Shown: in pieces, positions 7,611-15,769 of the stretch | How the letters are laid out: each line of letters starts with the position of its first letter | How positions within the stretch are numbered: the stretch's first letter is position 1 | IMG/VR virus record: IMGVR_UViG_3300033128_000024 | Coordinates: 1-40,564 of that record | Strand: one strand, 5' to 3' | From: a virus | Length of the DNA: 40,564 nucleotides | Notes under the pieces: generated by a model | Told to the model about the DNA's origin: nothing | Seen by the model: the letters and a program-made list of their open reading frames with translations, nothing else | The model's database searches: none | Program-made: the position numbers and the translations under genes

Positions 7611-7763
7611 ATGACTCAAAGAAAGAAAAAGAAAAAAAGCAACCTGTTCGTGGGGGAAATTTTCTTTGGAACAGAAGACAGAGAAAAGCTTTTTACTGAG
7701 GCTGTGGCACCTTATTACACACCAGTAAAAAAAGAGAAGAACAAAAAAATTAAAGAGGCTTGA
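7611..7763 (+). CDS. Small basic hypothetical protein (50 aa)
   Basis: RBS GAGGTGA lies before ATG 7611. The translation begins MTQRKKKKKSNLFVGE. The upstream part of track ORF 7536 has no RBS. Confidence 0.4.
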   Translation: MTQRKKKKKSNLFVGEIFFGTEDREKLFTEAVAPYYTPVKKEKNKKIKEA

Positions 7764-7820
7764 AACTTTTGTTTCACCTTTTTTTAAAGGACAAGCTAAA
7801 CACAAAGAGGTGATTAAAAC

Positions 7821-8669
7821 ATGGCTAAGTATAGACATGTTCACACGACTTTTTGGCAAGATCCAAAAGTCACAGAAGAACTGACACCAGAAGATAGATA
7901 CTTTTATTTGTACCTTATTACAAACCCAAACACCACTCAAATAGGAATATACCCAATTACCAAGAAACAAATGGCTTTTGATTTAGGGTACTCGATTGAG
8001 TCGGTCAATAGCTTGATGGATCGCTTCGTAAATCATCACAAACTGATACTTTACAACAATGACACAAGGGAAATGGCAATAAAGAATTGGCCTAAATACA
8101 ACTTGAATAAAGGTGGAAAGCCAATATTAGACTGTGTCACTAAAGAATTGAGAGAGGTTAAAGATAAATCTCTCATGAATGTACTTTATCCAAAAATCGA
8201 GAATACCAGCATTAGAGAAGTGTTTGAACGATACGCCGACGATACGTTGCACGATACGTCGACGACAAGCGGACAAAAAGAAAAAGAAAAAGAAAAAGAA
8301 AAAGAAAAAAAAGATATATTGTCGGGAAACCCGACTGCTGATGAATCAGAAATACCATTCAAACTCATAACGGATCTTCTCAATCAAATGTCAGAGAAAA
8401 ATTACCGTCACACCACACCAAAGACACAGCAACTAATAAAAGCAAGATGGAACGAGGGGTTTAGATTTGATGATTTTAAAAAGGTCATCTTAGCAAAATG
8501 CTTTGAATGGCGTGATAACCCTGACATGAGTAAATTCCTTCGTCCCGAAACACTTTTCGGAACAAAATTCGAAGGCTACTTAAACAACAGTGATGAGGTG
8601 ATAAAGCGTGCACAGCATAAAGGTGGCGGCAGCCGAAGTCATAACCGACAAAATGACCTTCCATTCTGA
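7821..8669 (+). CDS. Phage replisome organiser / DnaD-like replication initiator (N-terminal rep_org domain plus Phg_2220_C-type C-terminal domain)
   Basis: The N-terminus HVHTTFWQDPKV...EDRYFYLYLITNPNTTQIGIY and the C-terminus ARWNEGFRFDDFKKVI...FLRPETLFGTKFEGYLN are typical of this family. The (EK)n linker is encoded by the A-tract repeat. Confidence 0.8.
   Translation: MAKYRHVHTTFWQDPKVTEELTPEDRYFYLYLITNPNTTQIGIYPITKKQMAFDLGYSIESVNSLMDRFVNHHKLILYNNDTREMAIKNWPKYNLNKGGKPILDCVTKELREVKDKSLMNVLYPKIENTSIREVFERYADDTLHDTSTTSGQKEKEKEKEKEKKDILSGNPTADESEIPFKLITDLLNQMSEKNYRHTTPKTQQLIKARWNEGFRFDDFKKVILAKCFEWRDNPDMSKFLRPETLFGTKFEGYLNNSDEVIKRAQHKGGGSRSHNRQNDLPF
8228..8313. repeat. Three phased ACGATACG iterons followed by an (AAAAAG)n tract: candidate replication origin inside the initiator gene
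   Basis: ACGATACG occurs at 8228, 8239 and 8251 (11- and 12-bp spacing). AAAAAG occurs five times plus AAAAAAAAG, at 8275-8313. Confidence 0.5.
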
Positions 8670-9474
8670 TTACTGTGAAAAGCACACATACACCCGTGGC
8701 GGTGAAGATGTTGTAAAACCTGTCCGAATGATGGTGATGAATGGGAAAGTTATTTGCCCTCGATGTGAACTGGAAGAAGAGTCAAAGAAATTGCAAAAAG
8801 ACTTAGAAAGTCAAATTGAATATAGCCAGCGACAGAAAAAATTTAACACGTTGGAAAAACGCAGCATGTTCAGGGATCGAACTGTCTCACAAGCAACATT
8901 TGAAAATTACAATGTTGCTGAGCCAGAAGAGACCAAGAATAAAAAACGAATGATGGATTTTGTTAAACACTTGCAACAAGGTGAAGTGTTCAACATATTT
9001 TTGCAGGGCCATCCGGGAGTGGGGAAGAGTCACCTTGCATATGCAGCACTTAGAGAACTTAATGTGCCTCCTGATCCCGACAACCCTAAAGACAAAGGTC
9101 GATCATGCTTGTTTATCAATATGGAAGATGCTGCTACGGCAATTAAAGATTCATTCAGCAACAAAGAGAGCAAGTACACAGAAGCGTATGTGACTCAGTT
9201 GATGGGTGAGGCCGATTATCTCGTGATAGATGACATCGGCGCAGAAACAGGGTCAGAGCATTCGGATAGTAAAGCCAGTGATTTCATTCATCGTCTCATC
9301 TACAAAGTAACATCTGCTCGGCAGGATAAAGTGACGATTTATACAACAAACCTTACTAGCGAAAAGCTGTATCAAATGTATGACAGCAAGCTAGTATCAC
9401 GCATCACCCAAAAGCAGCAGTACATCATTTTTAAAGACACATCGGACAAGCGTAAAGAAGTATTGCCGTTCTAA
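8608..9474 (+). CDS. DnaC/IstB-like AAA+ helicase loader
   Basis: Walker A is GHPGVGKSHLA and Walker B is YLVIDDIG. The N-terminal Cys pair is CPRCE. The GTG start follows RBS GAGGTGA and overlaps the upstream gene. Confidence 0.85.
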   Translation: MHSIKVAAAEVITDKMTFHSDYCEKHTYTRGGEDVVKPVRMMVMNGKVICPRCELEEESKKLQKDLESQIEYSQRQKKFNTLEKRSMFRDRTVSQATFENYNVAEPEETKNKKRMMDFVKHLQQGEVFNIFLQGHPGVGKSHLAYAALRELNVPPDPDNPKDKGRSCLFINMEDAATAIKDSFSNKESKYTEAYVTQLMGEADYLVIDDIGAETGSEHSDSKASDFIHRLIYKVTSARQDKVTIYTTNLTSEKLYQMYDSKLVSRITQKQQYIIFKDTSDKRKEVLPF

Positions 9475-9558
9475 GGGAGTGTAAATGCGAAGGTTGATAG
9501 TTTAATAGATCAGCTGGCAGTAAGTCTGAGTGACTGAAAAACACAAGGAGGAACCATC

Positions 9559-9714
9559 ATGAAAAAAGGCGGTAGAAAGCCCACGAGAGCCGAAAGGAAG
9601 ATTTTATTAGTAAATGGATTGAATCCACTTTATTGGTTCGTAGAAAAGAATCTGACGACATCTGTGCATGTTGCACACAAAGAGGTCGGTCGCAGAAAGG
9701 AAATTACGAAATGA
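9559..9714 (+). CDS. Small basic hypothetical protein (51 aa); not in the ORF track
   Basis: Strong RBS AAGGAGG lies 8 nt before ATG 9559. The translation begins MKKGGRKPTRAERKILLVNGLNPLYWF. There is an ATGA overlap with the next gene. Confidence 0.5.
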   Translation: MKKGGRKPTRAERKILLVNGLNPLYWFVEKNLTTSVHVAHKEVGRRKEITK

Positions 9715-10238
9715 GTGTCACTAGAATCATTTTGGATCATGTCAATTTTGAATGGACGATTGTTGGCCTTAAACGTTTTCTTGATTACTGGTACGAAGGC
9801 AGGTCGATTGAAGAGATGGCGGAGTTATTTAACCGACCATCAGAAGAAGTGTTAATACTGATGATTGATTTTAGCAAGCGTGGAAAGATCAAGGAGCGAC
9901 CGAACGGTGTCGGAGCAAACGAGCCTATGTATATCAAAAAATGCACAATGAGCTACAAAAAAAGAGATTTGCGAAAGCTGTTTGAACAACAACCGGTTTA
10001 CTACGCTTGCCCGCAAAACGATTTTATATGGTGTGAAAGGGACATCGTAGCTTTTCGTAAGATGTGGAAGGACCATGAACCGGTCAGACACATAGCGAAC
10101 CGTTTAGCACGCAAGGTTGATGACATCCTGTTGCTTATTATAGATCAGGCTGAGTTAGGCAAGATCGAACCACGTAAAGGCGGCGCGCTTGGAAAGGAGT
10201 ACAAGCATGAAAAGAAAAATCATCCTGTTGCGATTTGA
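9711..10238 (+). CDS. Hypothetical protein with two tandem HTH-like repeats
   Basis: ATG 9711 is coupled to the upstream stop. There is an internal duplication: FEWTIVGLKRFLDYWYEGRSIEEMAELFNR...GKIKERPNG versus FIWCERDIVAFRKMWKDHEPVRHIANRLAR...GKIEPRKGG. Confidence 0.55.
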   Translation: MSVTRIILDHVNFEWTIVGLKRFLDYWYEGRSIEEMAELFNRPSEEVLILMIDFSKRGKIKERPNGVGANEPMYIKKCTMSYKKRDLRKLFEQQPVYYACPQNDFIWCERDIVAFRKMWKDHEPVRHIANRLARKVDDILLLIIDQAELGKIEPRKGGALGKEYKHEKKNHPVAI

Positions 10239-10347
10239 GAAAGCGACAGCACGCCAGCTGGAAGTCATTGCGAGATATGAAGATTGTCCGAAACGGCTAA
10301 AGACAGCAGCCATGCGCCACCTCAAGAAGAGGGGAGGCATCAAGTGA
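10207..10347 (+). CDS. Small basic hypothetical protein (46 aa); not in the ORF track
   Basis: RBS GGAAAGGAG lies before ATG 10207. The gene overlaps the previous gene by 32 nt and has a TGATG overlap with the next gene. Confidence 0.4.
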   Translation: MKRKIILLRFEKATARQLEVIARYEDCPKRLKTAAMRHLKKRGGIK

Positions 10348-10487
10348 TGACAACATCAGAAAGAGAATTTTTGATTGAGTGGTTGAGTCTTAAAAATGGG
10401 GCTTATGGGCGGGAGCATTGCGAGAAACTGACTGACGAAGAACTCGAAAGAATCTTTAATCTCAACGTTCCGCAGCGTGACGAATGA
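10347..10487 (+). CDS. Small hypothetical protein (46 aa)
   Basis: ATG 10347 is coupled to the upstream stop. The translation begins MTTSEREFLIEWLSLKNG. Confidence 0.5.
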   Translation: MTTSEREFLIEWLSLKNGAYGREHCEKLTDEELERIFNLNVPQRDE

Positions 10488-10502
10488 GAGGAGGTGAGCA
10501 TA

Positions 10503-10676
10503 TTGGAGACTGTTAACAATCCATACAAAGCAGGTCCAGTGAAAGCGTGGGTTATGTCAGAGGATGAGCTTGCAGCTTATAGGCAGCAACATCCACCTAA
10601 GCCATATAAAAAGAGACTCAAACGTAAAGACTGGCGTTGGCAGCGCACAGATCAATCCGTCGAGTCTCAGCGGTAA
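10503..10676 (+). CDS. Small hypothetical protein
   Basis: RBS GAGGAGG ends at 10493. TTG 10503 is better spaced than the track GTG 10494. Confidence 0.45.
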   Translation: METVNNPYKAGPVKAWVMSEDELAAYRQQHPPKPYKKRLKRKDWRWQRTDQSVESQR

Positions 10677-10746
10677 GAATTCACATCAGTTCAATGTGAG
10701 TAATTAAGCTTAGGAACCTTAATTATATCACATTGGAGTGAAGATT

Positions 10747-10956
10747 GTGAATAGACCGCAGACTATCTCATTAACAAAAAACGAGCCTTTCACAACATTA
10801 GTTGAACAAGGCAAGGTAAAAGTGATCGTGCTGGACGGGATCAACAACACTGCGCATTACATAGAAGCTCCCGAACATGGTCACACAATCATCGAAACGA
10901 TTAAAGGAAGTTTTGACCGAGTTAGATTTGATTTCAGTTATAAAACTAAACCATAG
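10747..10956 (+). CDS. Small hypothetical protein
   Basis: GGAG lies before GTG 10747. The hairpin caggggtttatcccctg follows. Confidence 0.45.
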   Translation: MNRPQTISLTKNEPFTTLVEQGKVKVIVLDGINNTAHYIEAPEHGHTIIETIKGSFDRVRFDFSYKTKP

Positions 10957-10989
10957 CAGGGGTTTATCCCCTGTGGGGGAGGATATACC

Positions 10990-11238
10990 ATGAATTTACC
11001 TAAACATATCGAACTGTCGCAAGCCGTCAAAGCCTGCAAAAACCAAGCGATGACGATTGATGATGCAGCTGCATATATAGGCGTGCCGAAATTTTTCGTA
11101 CCGGTGCTTGCTGATTATTGTCCTGATCTGATCATAGAGGGGAATGTCGTCATGGCAAAGCGTGAGTCAAACGGGCCTGTCATTCTCACGGTGCTTGGTT
11201 TTATGGCAATTATCGTGATCGCTGGGTTGATGCAATGA
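10990..11238 (+). CDS. Hypothetical protein with C-terminal TM helix
   Basis: RBS GGGGGAGG precedes the start. The C-terminus is PVILTVLGFMAIIVIAGLM. Confidence 0.55.
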   Translation: MNLPKHIELSQAVKACKNQAMTIDDAAAYIGVPKFFVPVLADYCPDLIIEGNVVMAKRESNGPVILTVLGFMAIIVIAGLMQ

Positions 11239-12074
11239 TTCAACAACAATACGATGACGACAAAAAACATATACACGTCTTATCATACGGCGGCGGCACT
11301 CAATCAACTGCATTACTCTTGATGGCTCTAAAGGGTGAGATTAATGGAGTAATACCGGACTACATCATCTTTTCTGATACAGGATGGGAGCCGAAGCACG
11401 TTTACAACTGGATCGAGAAAATAAACAAGCATATCAAGGCTACTTACGGCAGGGAAATCATCTTCTGTGATAACGGAAATCTTCGGGATGACATTGTAGA
11501 AGGATCTGAGACAGGAAATAGATTCGCAAGCATTCCCTTCTTCACAAAAGATAAGAATGGAGAAATCGGCATCGCCCGCCGCCAGTGTACAAACGAATAC
11601 AAGATATTACCTGTTAATCGTAAGATCCGTTCTTTGCTTGGGTATAAGCCGAGACAAAGGATTAAAGAAGTTGTCCACCTATGGAAAGGCATAAGCACCG
11701 ATGAAATACAAAGGGTTAAGCCAAGTCGGGAAAGCTGGCAAGTGGCAGAGCACCCTTTGGTTGATGTGGCTTTTATCGATCGGTCACGCTGCATAACTTA
11801 CGTTGAGCGAGAAGGACTTGGTACACCTGCGAAATCTAGCTGTATCGGCTGCCCTTTCCATGACTTTAATGCGTGGCGTGATATGAAAATGAAAGATCAA
11901 GAGTCATGGCAAGATGCGGTGGAAATTGACCGCCTTATAAGGAAACTACCACGATTTAAAAATAATGCTTTCCTGCATAAGTCAGGTAAACCTTTGGAAG
12001 AAGTTGATTTCAATGAGGATCAGCTTGATATAGACCACTTTTTGAACGAATGCGAAGGAATGTGCGGAGTATAA
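11235..12074 (+). CDS. PAPS reductase-like (PP-loop) family protein
   Basis: The N-terminal PP-loop-like motif is HVLSYGGGTQSTALLLMAL. Cys motifs are SSCIGCPFH and the C-terminal NECEGMCG, which resembles the CysH-type ECG motif. Confidence 0.7.
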   Translation: MIQQQYDDDKKHIHVLSYGGGTQSTALLLMALKGEINGVIPDYIIFSDTGWEPKHVYNWIEKINKHIKATYGREIIFCDNGNLRDDIVEGSETGNRFASIPFFTKDKNGEIGIARRQCTNEYKILPVNRKIRSLLGYKPRQRIKEVVHLWKGISTDEIQRVKPSRESWQVAEHPLVDVAFIDRSRCITYVEREGLGTPAKSSCIGCPFHDFNAWRDMKMKDQESWQDAVEIDRLIRKLPRFKNNAFLHKSGKPLEEVDFNEDQLDIDHFLNECEGMCGV

Positions 12075-12105
12075 AACAGCCTAGCGGCTTAGGAGGAAAC
12101 GGAAA

Positions 12106-12525
12106 ATGCCAAAACCTGAACAGCTAAAAAGAATAATTGACATAAACGAGCTGATCCAGCTCATAGCAAGCATTGATCGAAAGCTATTCTATTGTAAATC
12201 AAAAGATTCGGTTGCCTGCTTTATATTTGGAAAACGAGGAAAATTATTCTTCGTAGACGATTACACAGGGGAATGGGTCTATCCATATGAACTAGGGCAC
12301 GGTCGAGCAAACGGATTCTCACACGGAGGTAACATGTGGCAACTGGTCAACAGTTTTCGTGAATTTATCATTACTGGTCGATATGGCGATCTCAGAGACT
12401 ATAAAGAAATTTGGGCTTATAGTCGTGAAGGCTGTCAAAAGATTCGCCAAAAGGCAAAGGAAATCGGATTTATTGAAACGGTTGATTATCCATACAGTTT
12501 CAGAGAATGGGAGGAAGCGAAATGA
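12106..12525 (+). CDS. Hypothetical protein
   Basis: ORF with RBS AGGAGGAAACGGAAA before the ATG. No family was recognised. Confidence 0.6.
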   Translation: MPKPEQLKRIIDINELIQLIASIDRKLFYCKSKDSVACFIFGKRGKLFFVDDYTGEWVYPYELGHGRANGFSHGGNMWQLVNSFREFIITGRYGDLRDYKEIWAYSREGCQKIRQKAKEIGFIETVDYPYSFREWEEAK

Positions 12526-13115
12526 ACCTAGAAAAAATGTTTGAAATGCAGGCGGAGTTAGAACGCCGCATCATCCGAGAAAAAGGGCTGCAAGGTCAAG
12601 ACTTGCTGCCTAACACATATGTAGCACTTATCACCGAACTAGGCGAGTTTGCAAATGAAGGGCGCTGGTTCAAGCATTGGAGTAATAATCAAGAGCCGGA
12701 ACAACCTAAATACAATTGGATGATGAATAAGGATGATCTTGAATGGAAGCCTGAATACGGTTATAAATCCTATCCGTTGCTAGAAGAATATGCGGACTGC
12801 ATTCACTTCTTCTTATCAATTGCGATTAGAAAGGGCTGGAAAGAAGATATGCACATTCCTGAAGAATCACTATTTAATTTCAAAAAGGAAAATTTTGAAG
12901 GCGGTCTTTCAGGAGTGTACTTAGAAATGCAATGGCACTTATTAAATTCGAGGTTGTTCAAAAAGGAAGACGTGAAATATTTGCACTTCCAATCAGCTTG
13001 GGACTTGTTCTTGGCAATTGGAATCGTTGGCTTTGGCTTCACTTTTGATCAAATCGAAGAAGCGTATATGAACAAAAACGCCGTCAATCATAAGCGGCAG
13101 CAGGAGGGGTATTGA
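12522..13115 (+). CDS. Dimeric (all-alpha, dUTPase_2/MazG-like) dUTP pyrophosphatase
   Basis: The motifs MFEMQAELERRI, ALITELGEFANE, EEYADCIHFFLSIA and the C-terminal IEEAYMNKNAVNHKRQQEGY match the dimeric dUTPase pattern known from Firmicutes phages. There is an ATGA overlap with the upstream gene. Confidence 0.7.
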   Translation: MNLEKMFEMQAELERRIIREKGLQGQDLLPNTYVALITELGEFANEGRWFKHWSNNQEPEQPKYNWMMNKDDLEWKPEYGYKSYPLLEEYADCIHFFLSIAIRKGWKEDMHIPEESLFNFKKENFEGGLSGVYLEMQWHLLNSRLFKKEDVKYLHFQSAWDLFLAIGIVGFGFTFDQIEEAYMNKNAVNHKRQQEGY

Positions 13116-13495
13116 TGAACTACTCACTATATTTGATTGACGACAGACTCGTTATTGATCTTGGAGCGGGCGAAAAGAGTCAGCATAAAGCGTTTAGCGG
13201 GGTTCCTGAATTAGTAGAAACGCATATCTTTTGTCAGGAACCAATAGGACAAGTTGAAATAACGGATGATCAGCTAAAAAAGATTAAAGTTTCTTTTCAT
13301 AATGGCGGCTTGTGTGATTACTGCGATGAACTATCAAACAAAGTACGGCCTTCACCTTTCATGGGTGACACAGGAAGCATGTGTAAAGACTGCTGGGATA
13401 TGACAAAACGGGAGTATGCAGCATCACATGATGAGCATATTCCTCAGTTTGAAGATTACCCTCACTGGAAGGGGAACACCGATGAAGCTCAATAA
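13112..13495 (+). CDS. Hypothetical Cys-rich (zinc-finger-like) protein
   Basis: Cys motifs: CDYCDE...CKDCWD. Confidence 0.55.
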   Translation: MMNYSLYLIDDRLVIDLGAGEKSQHKAFSGVPELVETHIFCQEPIGQVEITDDQLKKIKVSFHNGGLCDYCDELSNKVRPSPFMGDTGSMCKDCWDMTKREYAASHDEHIPQFEDYPHWKGNTDEAQ

Positions 13496-13658
13496 AAAGC
13501 AACAAAATCAAATAATTGAGCGAATGAACGACTTTGGAGAAAGAGGAGTTCTTTCGAAAGGAGCGGATAAAGAAGCTGTTGCCGGAATGGCTACTCTTCT
13601 TTGGATGCTACAGGTCTTAAACGTTGATATGGAATCACTAAAGGAGGAAGCACGATGA
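13482..13658 (+). CDS. Small hypothetical protein (58 aa)
   Basis: ATG 13482 follows GGAAGGGGA. The upstream track extension overlaps the previous gene. Confidence 0.5.
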   Translation: MKLNKKQQNQIIERMNDFGERGVLSKGADKEAVAGMATLLWMLQVLNVDMESLKEEAR

Positions 13659-14134
13659 ACGAAAATAACCCGATTATCTATTCAGTCATAGAGAAATTGC
13701 ATAAGCAGCAGGAAAAAGGACTGCAAAAGTACGGGGTTGAGGTTGAAACATCTTCCCACGACTTAAAAGGATGGTTGCGACATGCGCAGGAAGAAGCAAT
13801 TGATTTTGCGACATATCTTGAAACGGCCATTCAAAAATTAGAAGAACAAGTTAAAAGCAAAGAGGAATTGAAGTTTTATGAGGTAAACGAGCCGTATTAC
13901 GCACTGATCAAAGCGAAAAACGAAGAAAATGCTATGACAATCTATACTGATGTTGTCGCTGATGATGCTGGCGGATTAATAGAAGAAATAACAGAAGTTA
14001 CGGAAACATATGCGGCAATCAGATACAGCCGAGTAAATGGCTATGACAACAAAATGATTCCGGTCGAAGAAGTCCTTGAGGATTTAAAGAATGAAATACA
14101 AATGGTTCTAATCATTGACGGTAGCTTGGTATAA
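13655..14134 (+). CDS. Hypothetical protein (N-terminal half possibly an all-alpha NTP-PPase-like fold)
   Basis: QEKGLQKYG...WLRHAQEEAIDFATYLE resembles small MazG-like phage proteins. This is a weak call. Confidence 0.5.
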   Translation: MNENNPIIYSVIEKLHKQQEKGLQKYGVEVETSSHDLKGWLRHAQEEAIDFATYLETAIQKLEEQVKSKEELKFYEVNEPYYALIKAKNEENAMTIYTDVVADDAGGLIEEITEVTETYAAIRYSRVNGYDNKMIPVEEVLEDLKNEIQMVLIIDGSLV

Positions 14135-14143
14135 GAAAGGGGA

Positions 14144-14422
14144 ATGAAGATGAAAACTAAAAAAATCAAACTAGAAATTGAAGAGACACTAAAATACCAC
14201 CGTAGCGTGCTTATTGAGGTCCCAGAAGATATACCAGAAGGTGCACTTAATGATGTTCTTGATGATGCTGAAAAGACTTCATCGAGCGGACAAGATGTGT
14301 CTTATGTTCTTGAAAAGACGAAATGGTTAAAAGTTTTGGAGCGTTCAGATGACGATTATCGAAGTCCGTATAGCACGGAAGTAGAGATTCATGATATGAG
14401 CGAAGTGAGGGATGACAAATGA
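14144..14422 (+). CDS. Acidic hypothetical protein
   Basis: ORF with RBS AAAGGGGA. Confidence 0.55.
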   Translation: MKMKTKKIKLEIEETLKYHRSVLIEVPEDIPEGALNDVLDDAEKTSSSGQDVSYVLEKTKWLKVLERSDDDYRSPYSTEVEIHDMSEVRDDK

Positions 14423-14844
14423 AAAAACTACTAATCACACTAACTATTTTTGCGGCTGCGGTGCTTTATGTGCCGTCTGCTCAAGCAGTATGGTCAAACT
14501 GGCAAACCGAGGGATACGGGCATCAAGCGAGAGTCTTTACGGATGACACCAATTACTATGCAGGCGCCAAGACAATCGACTGGAGAGCGGAAAAGAAAGG
14601 ATCGGGAACACTTTACTACACCGCTGGCGTTTACAAAAAGAGAAGCGGCGGCGGTTTAACAGATACTAAACTTGTACAAAGGGGCAGCTTCAAAGCGGCC
14701 ACGCCTCTAAAGTCGTTTAGCGTGAGTGAAATCCGCAAGCGTACCGGTAAAGGAACATACGTGATCCAGCTGGACTGCTACACGGATTCCAAGAAACGAA
14801 ACTACATCGGAACCTTTGAATCCGTTAAATTCAATATTCGATAG
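14419..14844 (+). CDS. Secreted hypothetical protein
   Basis: Signal peptide: MKKLLITLTIFAAAVLYVPSAQA-VW. Confidence 0.6.
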   Translation: MKKLLITLTIFAAAVLYVPSAQAVWSNWQTEGYGHQARVFTDDTNYYAGAKTIDWRAEKKGSGTLYYTAGVYKKRSGGGLTDTKLVQRGSFKAATPLKSFSVSEIRKRTGKGTYVIQLDCYTDSKKRNYIGTFESVKFNIR

Positions 14845-14855
14845 GCGGTGGAGAA

Positions 14856-15104
14856 ATGACAAATAAAATTGTATGCCCTCATTGCAAGAGTGACAAAGGA
14901 TTCTTTACTAAGCAGAGAATAACTGGAACGGCTCACATCTACTACAATTCAGCCGGAGATTTAGAAGAAGAACAAGGCGCTATGTATGACGGCCTGTCGC
15001 ACCACGGAGGAACAAAAGCCTATTGTAAGCAGTGCTATAAACTGATGGGGAAAACAGAAGATTTAGCATCGGGAAATAACGAGGAAGATACAAGATGGAG
15101 GTAG
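14856..15104 (+). CDS. Zinc-ribbon hypothetical protein
   Basis: Cys motifs: CPHCKS...CKQC. Confidence 0.55.
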   Translation: MTNKIVCPHCKSDKGFFTKQRITGTAHIYYNSAGDLEEEQGAMYDGLSHHGGTKAYCKQCYKLMGKTEDLASGNNEEDTRWR

Positions 15105-15108
15105 CGGA

Positions 15109-15285
15109 ATGAAAGCAGAAGACTTGCACAGCTACTACTGTGAAGATTGTGAAGAATGGACATATATTGATGAGCTTAATCATCCGGGAAATATCTATTG
15201 TGCTCACTGTGGTGAAGCAAATGTGAATATCAGCGCAAAGGATTACGAATTATTGAAATATGCAAGGTCGAAGGTCTTCGAATGA
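15109..15285 (+). CDS. Small zinc-ribbon protein (58 aa); not in the ORF track
   Basis: RBS GGAGGT lies before ATG 15109. Cys motifs: CEDCEE...CAHCG. Confidence 0.5.
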   Translation: MKAEDLHSYYCEDCEEWTYIDELNHPGNIYCAHCGEANVNISAKDYELLKYARSKVFE

Positions 15286-15323
15286 CTATAAAAAGCGGCA
15301 CGAGCCAAAAAGGAGAATAAAGT

Positions 15324-15530
15324 ATGAATCCAAGAGAAGCATTTAGGACTTTCTTTAAATTCCAGTTAGAGAATGGAGAAGGTTTATCAGAATTAGAGCT
15401 TAATGAAAAAGACATAGAGAGATTCATAAACGGTGTGGAAGATGACATGCTTTTCCACTCTAAGTTAGATGATTTTCTGAAAGAGTACATTGAAGATCAT
15501 GGTGATGAATACGGAATGGAATTTAATTAA
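15324..15530 (+). CDS. Acidic hypothetical protein
   Basis: RBS AAAGGAGAA lies before ATG 15324. Confidence 0.5.
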   Translation: MNPREAFRTFFKFQLENGEGLSELELNEKDIERFINGVEDDMLFHSKLDDFLKEYIEDHGDEYGMEFN

Positions 15531-15565
15531 TAAATCAACTAAATAAGTCCAAGACGGAGAGCCTG

Positions 15566-15618
15566 CGGACACTGATCAACACCTTTTACGGGTGCTGGTT
15601 GGTGTCCGTTTTCTTTTT
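15566..15618 (+). terminator. Intrinsic terminator at the end of the early operon
   Basis: cggacac...cacc pairs with ggtg...gtgtccg, followed by ttttcttttt. Confidence 0.7.
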
Positions 15619-15637
15619 GTCTGAACGGAGGATGAAC

Positions 15638-15760
15638 ATGAAGAAGGAGAAACCCAAAAAACAGCCGCAGAAGCTCACTGACAGAGATTTAAGAGAGTTG
15701 ATGGGGCAAAATATGCAAAGACTGAGAAGAGCCAAAGGCGGAGCGTATAAACGCAAATAG
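15638..15760 (+). CDS. Small very basic protein (40 aa); not in the ORF track
   Basis: RBS ACGGAGGA lies before ATG 15638. The translation is MKKEKPKKQPQKLTDRDLRELMGQNMQRLRRAKGGAYKRK. Confidence 0.4.
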   Translation: MKKEKPKKQPQKLTDRDLRELMGQNMQRLRRAKGGAYKRK

Positions 15761-15769
15761 GAGGAAACG

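Noticed and set aside
7527-7970. A 147-aa minus-strand ORF spanning the Cro-like/replication junction.
   Set aside because: It is antisense to + strand genes that have good RBSs, including the replisome-organiser start. It has a hydrophobic, low-complexity composition typical of antisense AT-rich frames, and no RBS.
8275-8313. A tandem repeat that could be mistaken for a CRISPR-like or satellite array.
   Set aside because: The unit is 6 nt with no spacers, and it is in frame within a CDS, where it encodes an (EK)n linker. It is not a CRISPR array.
8179-8383. Two track ORFs (63 aa on + and 65 aa on -) rich in poly-Lys or poly-Phe/Ser.
   Set aside because: They are alternative-frame and antisense readings of the (AAAAAG)n tract inside the replisome-organiser gene. 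They are low-complexity and have no RBS.
9633-9710. An N-terminal extension of the 201-aa track ORF (MVRRKESDDICACC...).
   Set aside because: A strong AAGGAGG RBS drives a different-frame 51-aa ORF over this stretch. ATG 9711 is coupled to that ORF's stop by an ATGA overlap. The extension has no RBS.
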